Under the pieces are notes generated by a model. It saw only the letters and a list, made by a program, of their open reading frames with translations. It had not been told where the DNA came from and did not search any database. A DNA stretch of 23,437 nucleotides from Octopus sinensis (taxonomy: Eukaryota): contig NW_021836886.1 of NCBI RefSeq assembly GCF_006345805.1, forward strand, positions 1 to 23,437, given 5' to 3'. The position numbers were made by a program, and so were the translations under genes. Each line of letters begins with the position of its first letter. Within the stretch, counting starts at the first letter, position 1. Positions 10,133-19,957 of this stretch are shown here, one piece after another.

Positions 10133-10516
10133 TGTAGCTGATACCGATATCATGTATCTGGCATCCATGCCGGTGGCACATAAAAGCACCAATTACACTC
10201 TTGGAGGTGGTCAGCATTAGGAAAGGTATCCAGCTGTAGAAGCCAAGCCAAGTCAGACTGGAATTTGGTGCAGCTCTCAAGCATACCAGTTCCAGTCAAA
10301 CCATCTAACCTATTCCAGCATGGAAAGTGGACACTAAATGATGAGGTTAATAAGCTGTTACACATCACATCCCAGTTGTAAAGACCGTAAGCTACCCTCA
10401 CTTCAAGTTACTACCCACCTAGTAATAAGGAAACCATTTCATACTACACCCCCTACTGTAGCTTGAACTTGAACCTATTGTTTTATATTTCCATGCTCTA
10501 CTACCACTACCACATA

Positions 10517-10912
10517 TCTTTATATATAAAAGTGAAGTTGTGTGTCTGTCTCCTACGATTTAGATTCCTAACTACTCTCACATTTTGCAGTGCAGTTTAA
10601 CCAAAACCGGGTATCTTATAGTCGTGATTCATATCAAGCCCTTCTGGGTATTAGCGCGCGTCTACGATGAGTCTACGATTTTTAAAATAATTTACCATAA
10701 TTTTTTTCCATTTTAATGCATTTTTTTCACAATTATAAGGGAGTAACTCTCTAAAAATGTCTACGATGAGTCAACGATTTAAAAAAAAAATTTACCATAA
10801 TTTTTTTTCCATTTTTAATGCATTTTTTTTGCTACTTTTTGGCTATAACTCGAAAAATGCTTATATAGTTATTTCCCTTACAAACCCGAGCAACGCCGGG
10901 CGATACTGCTAG
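10517..10912 (+). mobile_element. Non-autonomous Helitron
   Basis: A|TC start (TCTTTATATATAAAAG), subterminal hairpin CCCGAGCAACGCCGGG at 10885-10900, CTAG|T end, no TSD. Internal ~99-bp tandem repeat starting at 10660 and 10759. Confidence 0.88.
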
Positions 10913-11089
10913 TTAGGGATAAAAAGCAAATATTTTTGAGTCAAGGGGGGAGTTGAGTAAAGACCTAAAGTTGTAGGAGATAAAGATGAAATTCACTGTC
11001 CATCTACCACCTAAGAGTTAATTTGAACACAAATTCACATTACTGGGGATAACCTCAAGCCACTGCACCTACAAAGAGCCACACCCTAT

Positions 11090-11505
11090 GTGGTCACTTG
11101 ATCTGCAAGGAATAACCAAATCTCTCACAAGTCACATCACACACCATTGTTTTAGAAAGAGATGCTCCACACAGTGTGGTTCAGTTTCACACAAAGTAAA
11201 GAAGGGATGGTCACAACCGGAATACTGGATTAGGGTTAACTCAGGGTTAAAGAGCAAGACCGTCACCACTGCTGACTGATGGGACCCTCGAGGTGGTCAC
11301 TTGATCTGACAGCAATAGTAGCCAAATCACACAAAAATCTCGCCTGGCTTTAAGGACATTAGTTGATGTAATCCTAGATATACTTCTCCCTCCACAAATA
11401 AAACCATAGAATTGGTCTGTCCTTAATTTTTGCAGGTTCAAGGCAGAGACTTGAGGTTATGAACAACAGCAAGTAAGGACACATTCAATAAAGTAGTCCT
11501 AGATA
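11090..11505 (+). mobile_element. Degenerate family-D (SINE-like) repeats
   Basis: Two gtggtcacttgatctg..a(a/g)ccaaatc modules, plus ggacacatt..gtagtcctagata shared with the D arrays. Confidence 0.5.
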
Positions 11506-11506
11506 T

Positions 11507-11715
11507 TCTTATATTCGTTAATCTGTTTCAGTCATTTGACTGGAGTCATGCTGGAGCACTGCCTTTTAGTCGGAGAAATCAACCCCGGGACTTATTCTTT
11601 GTAAGCCTGGTACTCGGTCTATCGGTATCTTTTGCTGAACTGCTAAGTTACAGGGACGCAAACACACCAACATCGATTGTCAAGCGATGGTGGAGGGGAC
11701 AAACAGACACACAAA
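11507..11715 (-). mobile_element. Family-A SINE, 3' half
   Basis: Colinear with the 3' half of intact A copies. Confidence 0.85.
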
Positions 11716-11728
11716 TGTATACATATAT

Positions 11729-11949
11729 ACTCTTTACTCTTACTCTTTTACTTGTTTCAGTCATTTGACTGCGGCCATGCTGGAGCACCGCCTTTAGTCG
11801 AGCAAATCGACCCCGGGACTTATTCTTTGTAAGCCTAGTACTTATTCTATCGGTCTCTTTTGCCGACCCGCTAAGTAACGGGGACATAAACACACCAGCA
11901 TCGGTTGTCAAGCAATGCTAGGGGGACGAACAGACACACAAACACAGAA

Positions 11950-12003
<54 letters not shown>

Positions 12004-12165
12004 ACAACAGGCTTCATTCAGCTTCCATCTACCAAATCCAGTCACAAGGCATTGGTCGGCCCGAGGCTATAGTAGAAGACACTTGCCCAAGGTGCCACGC
12101 AGTGGGACTGAACCCAGAACCATGTGGTTGGTTAGCAAGCTACTTACCACACAGCCACTCCTATG
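11729..12165 (-). mobile_element. Family-A SINE, full length
   Basis: Reverse complement of the A head, central (TA)n and (AAGAGT)n tail. Confidence 0.92.
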
Positions 12166-12351
12166 TATCCACACATACACTGCATGAATAAAAGACGTAG
12201 GACAATGGTAGGGTTTGTATGATCAGAAGAGACCTGGGACTAAATAACAGCTAAGTACGTTAGATAATGTAAATCCTAGATAGACATACACTACCTGAAG
12301 AAGAGAGAACAGCCAGGTCACTGCTGGGACATCCTTTCAAAGTAGATATAT

Positions 12352-12670
12352 TCTTTTACTTACCTCAGTCATGCTGGAGTACTATCTGGAGGGGTTAGTC
12401 AAACAAACTGACTCCAGAACCTATATCAAGTGTAACACACATCAATCTCTTTTACCAAACTGCTAAGTCATCAGAAGTAAACAAACCAACTGTCAAGTGG
12501 TGGGGGTCAACAAAGTCACATGCAATGAGCTTCCTTGCAGTTTCCACCTATCAAATTGACTCAGGGCCCAAGGCTATAGTAAAAGTACACCTGTCCAAGG
12601 TGCTGCACAGTTGGACTGAACCTAAAACTAAATGGTTGCAAACTGAACTTCTAAGCAACATAGCTATGCC
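12352..12670 (-). mobile_element. Highly degenerate family-A SINE
   Basis: catgctggag..gctaagt..cagtttcc..aggctatagt..ccaaggtg..ggactgaacc occur in the family-A order. Confidence 0.7.
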
Positions 12671-12689
12671 CGAGTAAAAGGCAATAGAA

Positions 12690-12985
12690 TGATCACTGCT
12701 GGAATATCCATTTTATGTGGGGACTGACTTAGGGCTAAAAAAAAGAAGCAGGTAAGGACACAGTAGATAATGTATTCCTAGGTAGATATAAAATGTTCAC
12801 TGCTGGAATATCCATTTCATGTGGGGACGGGACGATTGGGACTGACTTAGGGTTAAAAAAGAAAAAAACAGGTAAGGACACAGTAGATAATGTACCCCTA
12901 GGTAGACATAAAATGGTCACTGCTTGGAAATTCATTTTAGGTGGGCACTGGATGATCACAACTGGACTGGGGCTGAACAAGAATC
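12690..12985 (+). repeat. Family-D tandem array (~105-120-bp units)
   Basis: TCACTGCT(T)GGAA recurs at ~12693, 12797 and 12918, with caggtaaggacacagtagataatgta in the first two units. Confidence 0.75.
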
Positions 12986-13079
12986 ATGACAAGACATTTG
13001 ATGTGGGCCATAAAAGAATCCAATTGACATCTCAAAGCCTTGCATGTATTATCCGTTTGTGTACATATATAAGATGGGC

Positions 13080-13225
13080 AAAGGCATGGCCGTGTGGATA
13101 AGAAGCTTGCTTTGCAATCACATGGATTTGGGTTCAGTCCCACTGCATGGTACCTTGGGCAAGTGCCTTCTACTATAGCTTTGTGAGTGGATTTGGTAGA
13201 TAGCAACTGAAAGGAGTCCAGAGTG
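13080..13225 (+). mobile_element. Family-A SINE 5' fragment
   Basis: ggcatggccgtgtgg..gggttcagtcccactgcatggtaccttgggcaagtg..ttgtgagtggatttggtaga. Confidence 0.8.
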
Positions 13226-13240
13226 TGTGTGTATTCATGT

Positions 13241-13573
13241 GAAGGTACATGGCTCAGTGGTTAGAGCATCAGGCTCACAACCATGTGGTTAAGAGTTCGA
13301 TTGTTAGACCGGGCTGTGTGTTGTGTTCTTGAGCAAGACACTTTATTTCACGTTGCTCCAGTTCACTCAGCAGTAGAAATGAGTTGTGACATCACTGGTG
13401 CCAAACTGTATCGGCCCCTTTGCCTTTCCCTTGGATAATATCAGTGGCATGGAGAGGGAGGCTGGTATGTATGGGCAACTGCAGGTCTTCCATAAAAACA
13501 ACCTTGCCCAGACTTGTGCCTCAGAGGGTAACTTTCTAGGCACGATCCCATGGTCATTCATGATCGAAGGGGG
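13241..13573 (+). mobile_element. Family-E SINE
   Basis: Homologous over its length to 5175-5503. A box TGGCTCAGTGG, B box GAGTTCGATT. Confidence 0.9.
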
Positions 13574-13789
13574 CCACCCTATATATGTTCACATATACAC
13601 ACATTCTATGATATTCGTAATAGGTTGTTGCCATTATACAAGAGCTGTTGTTGGTTTCCAGCCTACAATGAGGAGGAAGAGAGCGCTAGTCAGGTGGAGG
13701 GCAACTTCTTTGAATGCTTGACACACGGTTCCCCAGCAATGTTTTACTGGTGGAAGGCAAATGCCTGCAAAGTAGACAGGAAAAGCACT

Positions 13790-14567
13790 TTAACCCTTTA
13801 GTATTTAAACCAGCTATATCCGGCCAAAATAGTTAATCTGTTTTATGTTCAAACTGACCAGATCCAGGCCCTCACACCTACCCTACAATGTTATTCTATA
13901 TTAAGTAAGGTGGCGATCTGGCAGAAACGTTAGCACGCCGGGCGAAATGCGAAGCCGTATTTTGTCTGCCGTTACGTTCTGAGTTCAAATTCCGCTGAGG
14001 TCGACTTTGCCTTTCATCCTTTCGGGGTCGATAAATTAAGTACCAGTTACGCACTGGGGTCGATGTAATCGACTTAATACCTATGTCTGTCCTTGTTTGT
14101 TCCCTCTATGTTTAGCCCCTTGTGGGTAGTAAAGAAATAGGTATTTTGTCTGCTGTTACGTTCTGAGTTCAAATTCCGCCGAGGTCGACTTTGCCTTTCA
14201 TCCTTTCGGGGTCGATAAATTAAGTACCAGTTACGCACTGGGGTCGATGTAATCGACTTCATACCTATGTCTGTCCTTGTTTGTTCCGTCTGTGTTTAGC
14301 CCCTTGTGGGTAGTAAAGAAATAGGTATTTTGTCTGCTGTTACGTTCTGAGTTCAAATTCCGCCGAGGTCGACTTTGCCTTTCATCCTTTCGGGGTCGAT
14401 AAATTAAGTACCAGTTACGCACTGGGGTCGATGTAATCGACTTCATACCTATGTCTGTCCTTGTTTGTCCCCTCTGTGTTTAGCCCCTTGTGGGTAGTAA
14501 AGAAATATATATTAAGTAATTACACCATCAACATCTTGAAGATATGAGACAATGCATGATTAATTCA
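13790..14567. mobile_element. piggyBac-like MITE (family G), interrupted by a B array, right end missing
   Basis: Begins TTAA-CCCTTTAG and is a reverse-complement homologue of 17025-17223. It continues after the B insertion to ..gcatgattaattca and then breaks off. Confidence 0.7.
13909..14507 (+). mobile_element. Family-B SINE: one head plus three 184-bp bodies inside a single 12-bp TSD
   Basis: Bodies start GTATTTTGTC at 13957, 14141 and 14325. TSD TATATTAAGTAA at 13897-13908 and 14508-14519. Confidence 0.95.
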
Positions 14568-14649
14568 TGAGTTCAACACCCTAACCACTAAGCCATGCAC
14601 CTCCATACAGCTTGGCACCTGTGGCGTTGCAACCTATTTCTACAGCTAA
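14565..14649 (-). other. 85-bp templated insertion, exact inverted copy of 17938-18022
   Basis: Base-by-base comparison gives 85/85 identity to the reverse complement. Confidence 0.93.
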
Positions 14650-15250
14650 TGTAGTCCTAGATACACTATGCCTGAATAAAAGACTGGATGGTCATATCTG
14701 GAACATCTCTCACCATAGATCTGCTGGATGAGAGCTGACCTGGGCTTAAACAACAACTAAAACCATCACATTAGATAATGTAGTCCTAAATACACTATGC
14801 CTGAATAAAAGACTGGATGGTCATATCTGGAACATCTCTCACCATAGATCTGCTGGATGAGAGCTGACCTGGGCTTAAACAACAACTAAAACCATCACAT
14901 TAGATAATGTAGTCCTAGATACACTATGCCTGAATAATAGATTATTCACAGCTGGAACACATTTGATCATGGGTGTGTTGGATTAGGGATGACCTGGGGT
15001 TAAACAAGGAAAGACACAGATAATGTATTCCTAGATACACTATGCTTGAATAAAAAGCAGGATGGTCATGGTTGGAACATTTTCAATAATTACTCTGCTG
15101 TATTAAAGCAGACTTGGTGGTTAAACACTGCCACCAAAGACATTATATATCACACAGCCCGAGAGACAGAATGCCGGAATAAAAGACAGGATGGTCATAT
15201 CTGGAGCATCCCTTTTTATCGTAACAGGTCTAGCTGTCTCGGAGCAATCG
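14647..15250 (+). repeat. Family-D tandem array; the first two 129-bp units are near-identical
   Basis: TAATGTA(G/T)TCCTA at 14647, 14776, 14905 and 15021, with a diverged fifth unit. Units end in taaacaac. Confidence 0.85.
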
Positions 15251-15557
15251 ACAATTCTTTGGAAAAAAAAAAAACAAATTAAAAAATTTGAAAAAGTGTT
15301 GAAAATTTTAACGGAGTGAAGAGAAAAACTGGTGTGTGTATACAGCAGTAGGGGGTGGGGTGGTTGCTGTGCTGTAAAGAGTTCTACAGATCAATAAGAG
15401 GGTGTGTACAATTAGACAGGCTTGCTAGATTGGGATTACAAGTAGAGATTATGATGCAGGAGAATTCGAAAAAAAAAAATTTTTAATATCAAATATCATA
15501 TTTAATTATAACTGGAGTCAATTAAAACCGACCTATGGGCAATATACACAAACACAT

Positions 15558-16024
15558 ACTCTTTACTCTTTTACTTGTTTCAGTCGTTTGACTGCGGCCA
15601 TGCTGGAGCACCGCCTTTTTTAATCGAGCAAATCGACCCCAGGACTTACTCTTTGTAAGCCCAGTACTTATTCTATTGGTCTCTTTTGCCGAACCGCTAA
15701 GTGACGGGGACGTAAACATGCCAGCATCGGTTGTCAAGCAATGCTAGGGGGACAAACACAGACACACAAACATACACACACGCACTCACACACACACATG
15801 TATATGTATGCATGTATGTATGTATGTGTGTGTGTTTGTGTTTGTCCCCCTAGCATTGCTTGACAACCGATGCTGCTTTCAGTTTCCGTCTACCAAATCC
15901 ACTCACAAGGCTTTGGTCGGCCCGAGGCTATAGTAGAAGACACTTGCCCAAGATGCCACGCAGTGGGACTGAACCCGGAACCATGTGGTTGGTAAGCAAG
16001 CTACTTACCACGCAGCCACTCCTG
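15558..16024 (-). mobile_element. Family-A SINE with an internal fold-back duplication
   Basis: Full A structure. 15722-15760 is repeated in inverted orientation at 15837-15875. Confidence 0.92.
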
Positions 16025-16399
16025 TAGCAAGTTTTTTTTTTTTTGGTCACCATAAATAAGTACTGGGTTGGGATCAAAAAGATTAATCTATGTTCCAAAC
16101 ACTGTTATTTTACTAAATTCATTGTAAACATCATTTGAAAGAACGACATCATAATACTGCAGAAATATAGTAATAAAGGGGTTAAATTAACTATATATTT
16201 ATATAAATATAACTTGTTACCAGTTGAAATATGCTCAAGGCATATTTGAACCTGTAAGAAAGACATTCACTGTATTTAATCATGGAGAATATTTCTTGTT
16301 GTAGACAAATACACCAAAATACACACACACAGTGAGTACATCTTTGCAGATGATTGCCATATCTCCATGTTACCCCCATCAACCATCATCAGTTCCAAA

Positions 16400-16835
16400 C
16401 ATCTGACCATGACTCCTTAGGTGGTTTTCAAGTCCAGCATTCGATTTGCATGGTCTGCAGCAAACGAGACGGACAAAAGGAGGTACCCCTCTATTGGATT
16501 TATTGGGCCAATTTGTGGGATGTCGTCCTTATGTGCCCTCATATGCCTGTTAAGACCAAGTATTGATTTGCAGATCTTTTTGCACACCACACCTGTTGTC
16601 TCACCTAGCATTAGAGGGATAGAACTGCATACAGTTGGCCTTTTATGCGATTATAAATGAGTGATGCACCCAGATTTAGAGACCACACACGTCGCAGATC
16701 CAGCTCACTATGCCCTTATTTAAGTTCATACTGTGGCCTTTTCGAAGCTGGCATTTAAATTTTTCATAATCAAGACGTCTCTCTTCAAACATTCTGCAGT
16801 CTTCCTTCATGTATCCTCCCCATTTACCCCACTTT
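16400..16835 (-). pseudogene. Decayed LINE (probably RTE clade) ORF C-terminus with three C2H2-like zinc fingers
   Basis: Manual translation across frameshifts: MKEDCRMFEERRLDYEKFKCQLRKG..WICDVCG/SKSGCITHL*SHK; GVVCKKICKSILGLNRHMRAHK; FVRLVCCRPCKSNAGLENHLRSHG. Confidence 0.65.
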
Positions 16836-16917
16836 AAAGCAAGCAAGCATATCTATATATACATATACACACACATATATAAATATATACTGAATTGTGG
16901 CACATGACTGTCAATAC

Positions 16918-16959
16918 ATAAACCTGACGACTGTGTAATGCATGAAAGTACTAGTTTAT
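16918..16959 (+). ncRNA. Putative minimal type I hammerhead ribozyme
   Basis: AUAAAC-CUGACGA-c(UGU guaau GCA)u-GAAA-GUAC-UA-GUUUAU. Perfect 6-bp stem I, complete core, palindromic stem III AGUACU, CUA triplet (cut after 16953). Confidence 0.65.
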
Positions 16960-17024
16960 TTCAATATTGTAAAAATTGCAAATAGCAAAGCGTGAAAAAT
17001 CAGACTTAGTTGGAATTTCATTGA

Positions 17025-17223
17025 TTAACCCTTTAGTTAATTAATGCTTTTTTATTCAAATTGTTTTGAACTAATCAAGCATTATTCTTGTAGCTATGAG
17101 ATTTTGATGAGGTAGCTGTTAATTTTTAAAACGGTATTGTAGGGCTAGATCTTGCCAGTTTGAACATAAAACAGGCAGAATACTTCTGGCCGAATATGGC
17201 CGGTTTAAATGCTAATGGGTTAA
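17025..17223. mobile_element. piggyBac-like MITE (family G) with both ends
   Basis: TTAA-CCCTTTAG .. CTAATGGG-TTAA: TTAA on both sides with short inverted termini, and no coding capacity. Confidence 0.75.
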
Positions 17224-17553
17224 TATATTCTTCTATACACAATCATACAAAGTTGGATATATATACACACACCCACAGAGGTATATTTAGTTTTATTTGC
17301 ACACACAAATGTAAAATGAACTTTCACCAAATTCTGACAAGGTATCCATCAATGTTTGTTTAGCCATCACTATCCTATAAAATACCTCCACAAAGTGTTG
17401 TGTAACTAAATTCGAAAACAGGTAGTTAGTTGCGAAGTGAAATTCTTAAACGTATCAACCACGGAGCATTGCCTTCCCAAGCAGGAGGAACAGGAGATAG
17501 GTTGAATGAACAGCTCACAGCGTGGTAACTAATCCATGGTTAAATAAGATACC

Positions 17554-17783
17554 TATTTCTTTATTACCCACAAGGGGCTAAACATAGAGGGGACAAACAT
17601 GGACAGACATAGGTATTAAGTCGATTATATCGACCCAGTACGTAACTGGTACTTAATTTATCGACCCCAAAAGGATGAAAGGCAAAGTCGACATCAGCGG
17701 AATTTGAACTCACAACGTAACGGCAGCCGAAATACCGCTAAGCATTTCGCCCGACGTGCTAACGATTCTGTCAGCTCGCCACC
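17554..17783 (-). mobile_element. Family-B SINE monomer, 14-bp TSD
   Basis: TSD TTAAATAAGATACC at 17540-17553 and 17784-17797. One head plus one body. Confidence 0.93.
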
Positions 17784-17815
17784 TTAAATAAGATACCGTT
17801 GTACCTTACATATTT

Positions 17816-18421
17816 GAAGGCACATGGCTCAGTGGTTAGAGCGTCACACAATTGTGAAGTAATGGTTTTGATTCCAGGACTGGGCTGAGTGCTGTGTTCT
17901 TGAGCAAGACACTTTATTTCAAGTTGTTCCAGTTCACTTAGCTGTAGAAATAGGTTGCAACGCCACAGGTGCCAAGCTGTATGGAGGTGCATGGCTTAGT
18001 GGTTAGGGTGTTGAACTCATGATCGTAAGGTTGTAGTTTCAATTCCTGGACTGGGCGATGTGTTGTGTTCTTGAGCAAAACACTTCATTTTCCCGTTGCT
18101 CCAGTCCACTCAGCTGGCAAAAATGAGTAATCCTGAGACGGACCAGCATCCCGTCCAGGTGGGGAATTTCTATGCCACTGAAACCAGCCCATATGAACCT
18201 AGCATGGCTCAAGAAGGAACACTTTTTTAATGCCAAGATGTATCGGCCCCTTTGCCTTTCCCTTGGACAACATCAGTGGCATGGAGAGGAGGTTGGAGTG
18301 CATAGGTGACTGCTGGTCTTCTATAAACAACCTTGCCCAGACTTGTGCCTGGGAGGGTAACTTTCTAGGTGCAATCCCATGGTTGTTGATGACCAAAGGG
18401 GGTCTTTACCCTTTAACTTTG
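17816..18421 (+). mobile_element. Family-E SINE interrupted by a family-F SINE
   Basis: The E sequence resumes (cggcccctttgcctttccc) after the second TSD copy. Confidence 0.9.
17983..18230 (+). mobile_element. Family-F tRNA/CORE-like SINE nested in E
   Basis: It has its own A/B-box head and a different tail. TSD TGCCAAG(C/A)TGTAT at 17970-17982 and 18231-18243. Confidence 0.88.
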
Positions 18422-18810
18422 GGGTGCCTTTAAACATAGATTTAATTAATCAGGTCTGCTGTAGGAGTTAAACACTAATGGGAACACCAAGGAAGGTAGC
18501 CTTTAGGGAAATGACTTTGTAAACTTATTTCATTAGGGAACTCCTATGTACAATCTCCACCACTCATTTTGGTAAATAAACATTGAGTGGAACAAAAATA
18601 ATTTTAAAGGGATAATTCATGGAGACATACAGGGGTGTATGTGTGTGTCTGTGTGGTAAGAAGTTTGCTTCTCAATAAACATGGTTCTAGGTTTGTTACC
18701 ACTGCAAGTATCTACTATAGTCCTGGGTCAACCAAACCTTGAGTGAATTTGGTGGACAGAAACTAAAAACAGCTAATTGTAAATAAATATATTCAATATA
18801 TATATATATA

Positions 18811-19221
18811 GGCGCAGGAGTGGCTGTTTGGTAAGTAGCTTGCTAACCAACCACATGGTTCTGGGTTCAGTCCCACTGCGTGTCATCTTGGGCAAGTGTC
18901 TTCTGCTATAGCCCCGGGCCGACCAATGCCTTGTGAGTGGATTTGGTAGACGGAAACTGAAAGAAGCCTGTCGTATATATGTATATATATATATATGTAT
19001 GTGTGTGTGTATGTATTTGTGTGTCTGTGTTTGTCCCCCTAGCATTGCTTAACAACCGTTGCTGGCATGTTTACGTCCCCGTCACTTAGCGGTTCGGCAA
19101 AAGAGACCAATAGAATAAGTACTGGGCTTACAAAAGAATAAGTCCCGGGGTCGATTTGCTCGACTAAATGCGGTGCTCCAGCATGGCCGCAGTCAAATGA
19201 CTGAAACAAGTAAAAGAGAGA
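18811..19221 (+). mobile_element. Family-A SINE, full length, flanked by halves of an older degenerate A copy (~18640-18770 and ~19222-19345)
   Basis: GGCGCAGGAGTGGC head through the aaagagag tail. A degenerate A head lies upstream and a degenerate 3' half downstream. Confidence 0.9.
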
Positions 19222-19384
19222 ATGTGTGTCTGTGTTTGCCCCCACCACTGCTTGACAAGTGGTGTTGGCAAATGGAACAGAAAGACTAAGTACCAAACTT
19301 CAATAAAACCCTTCAAGGTGAGGCCCAAGCTTAACCACAGTCCAATGACCACAACCAATATGTTCAAACACACACACAGACACA

Positions 19385-19630
19385 TGATGGACTCTCCCGT
19401 CGAAGATGACAGAGGAGTGTTCAGCTTTTGCCAAATGACTTGCGCAAATGATTTCTTTATAGTGATCAAGTGTATGTGCCGGACATTAACTCATTCCTTC
19501 CATCAAATGCATGTTGCCTGTAGAAATGTAATGTGTATCACGCGTCAGGTGTTGAAGTGATCGTAGAGCAATGTGAAATGAAGTGTTTTTGCTCAAAAAC
19601 AAGGCACCACCCTAACCACTAGGCCATGTG
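19385..19630 (-). mobile_element. Degenerate tRNA/CORE-like SINE
   Basis: Minus strand cacatggcctagtggttaggg..ttgagcaaaaacacttcatttcacattgct matches the E/F-type head and core. Confidence 0.55.
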
Positions 19631-19710
19631 TGTGCTCTCTCTCTCTATCACACACACACGCACAGGTGGGGGGTGTGTGTGTGTGTGTGTGTTGTGTAGT
19701 TAAGAAGCTT

Positions 19711-19957
19711 GAAAAGCTCTATCTGCAACGATTTCATCTCAATCGAAGGAGAGGGGCTTTCTCCGTCCGGGTTGCGGATCCATGGAATAAGCTGCCGGAT
19801 GTGATGGTGAAGATGCCGACGACCGCTCGGTTCAAAGTCTCCCTTGACCACAAGTGGCCTGAACTCTTTACATGAACACCACCCTGTACATAACTCCATG
19901 TCCACCTACATGGCCTTGCTTTTTTGCTTTTTGAGCCAAAAAATTAACTAACTAACT
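19711..19957 (+). mobile_element. CR1-clade LINE 3' fragment with (TAAC)n tail, inserted in a degenerate family-A head
   Basis: KLYLQRFHLNRRRGAFSVRVADPWNKLPDVMVKMPTTARFKVSLDHKW matches the CR1 ORF2 C-terminal pattern (FSxRVxxxWNxLP..FKxxLD). Short 3' UTR and TAACTAACTAAC tail. Confidence 0.85.

Larger units (their letters stand above)
8807..10345 (+). mobile_element. Old 5'-truncated RTE-clade LINE (ORF C-terminus plus 3' UTR) carrying two nested insertions
   Basis: Manual translation LYDACVQTAMPNGSKTWAVTAKGIRKLERNEASMLCWMHNVSVH resumes in frame after the insert as ARQNVSILREKLGIRGIRCGVQERRLHWYGHVMHMDEDSCVKEC*, then RGRPKKIWDEVVK. These match RTE post-RT motifs (YGSETW, RRLxWxGH, RGRP). The 3' UTR ends in aaatgatga. 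Confidence 0.88.

Noticed and set aside
13655-13700. Possible micro-exon tttccag|..AYNEEEESASQ|gtggag
   Set aside because: The donor site is weak, there are no neighbouring exons, and I recognise no homology.
14722-14755. ctggatgagagc..gcttaaac in D units as a degenerate hammerhead
   Set aside because: The core is imperfect and not conserved in other D units.
16088-16186. Another TTAA-ended MITE (..aaaggggttaa)
   Set aside because: Only one end is visible and there is no second copy in the window.
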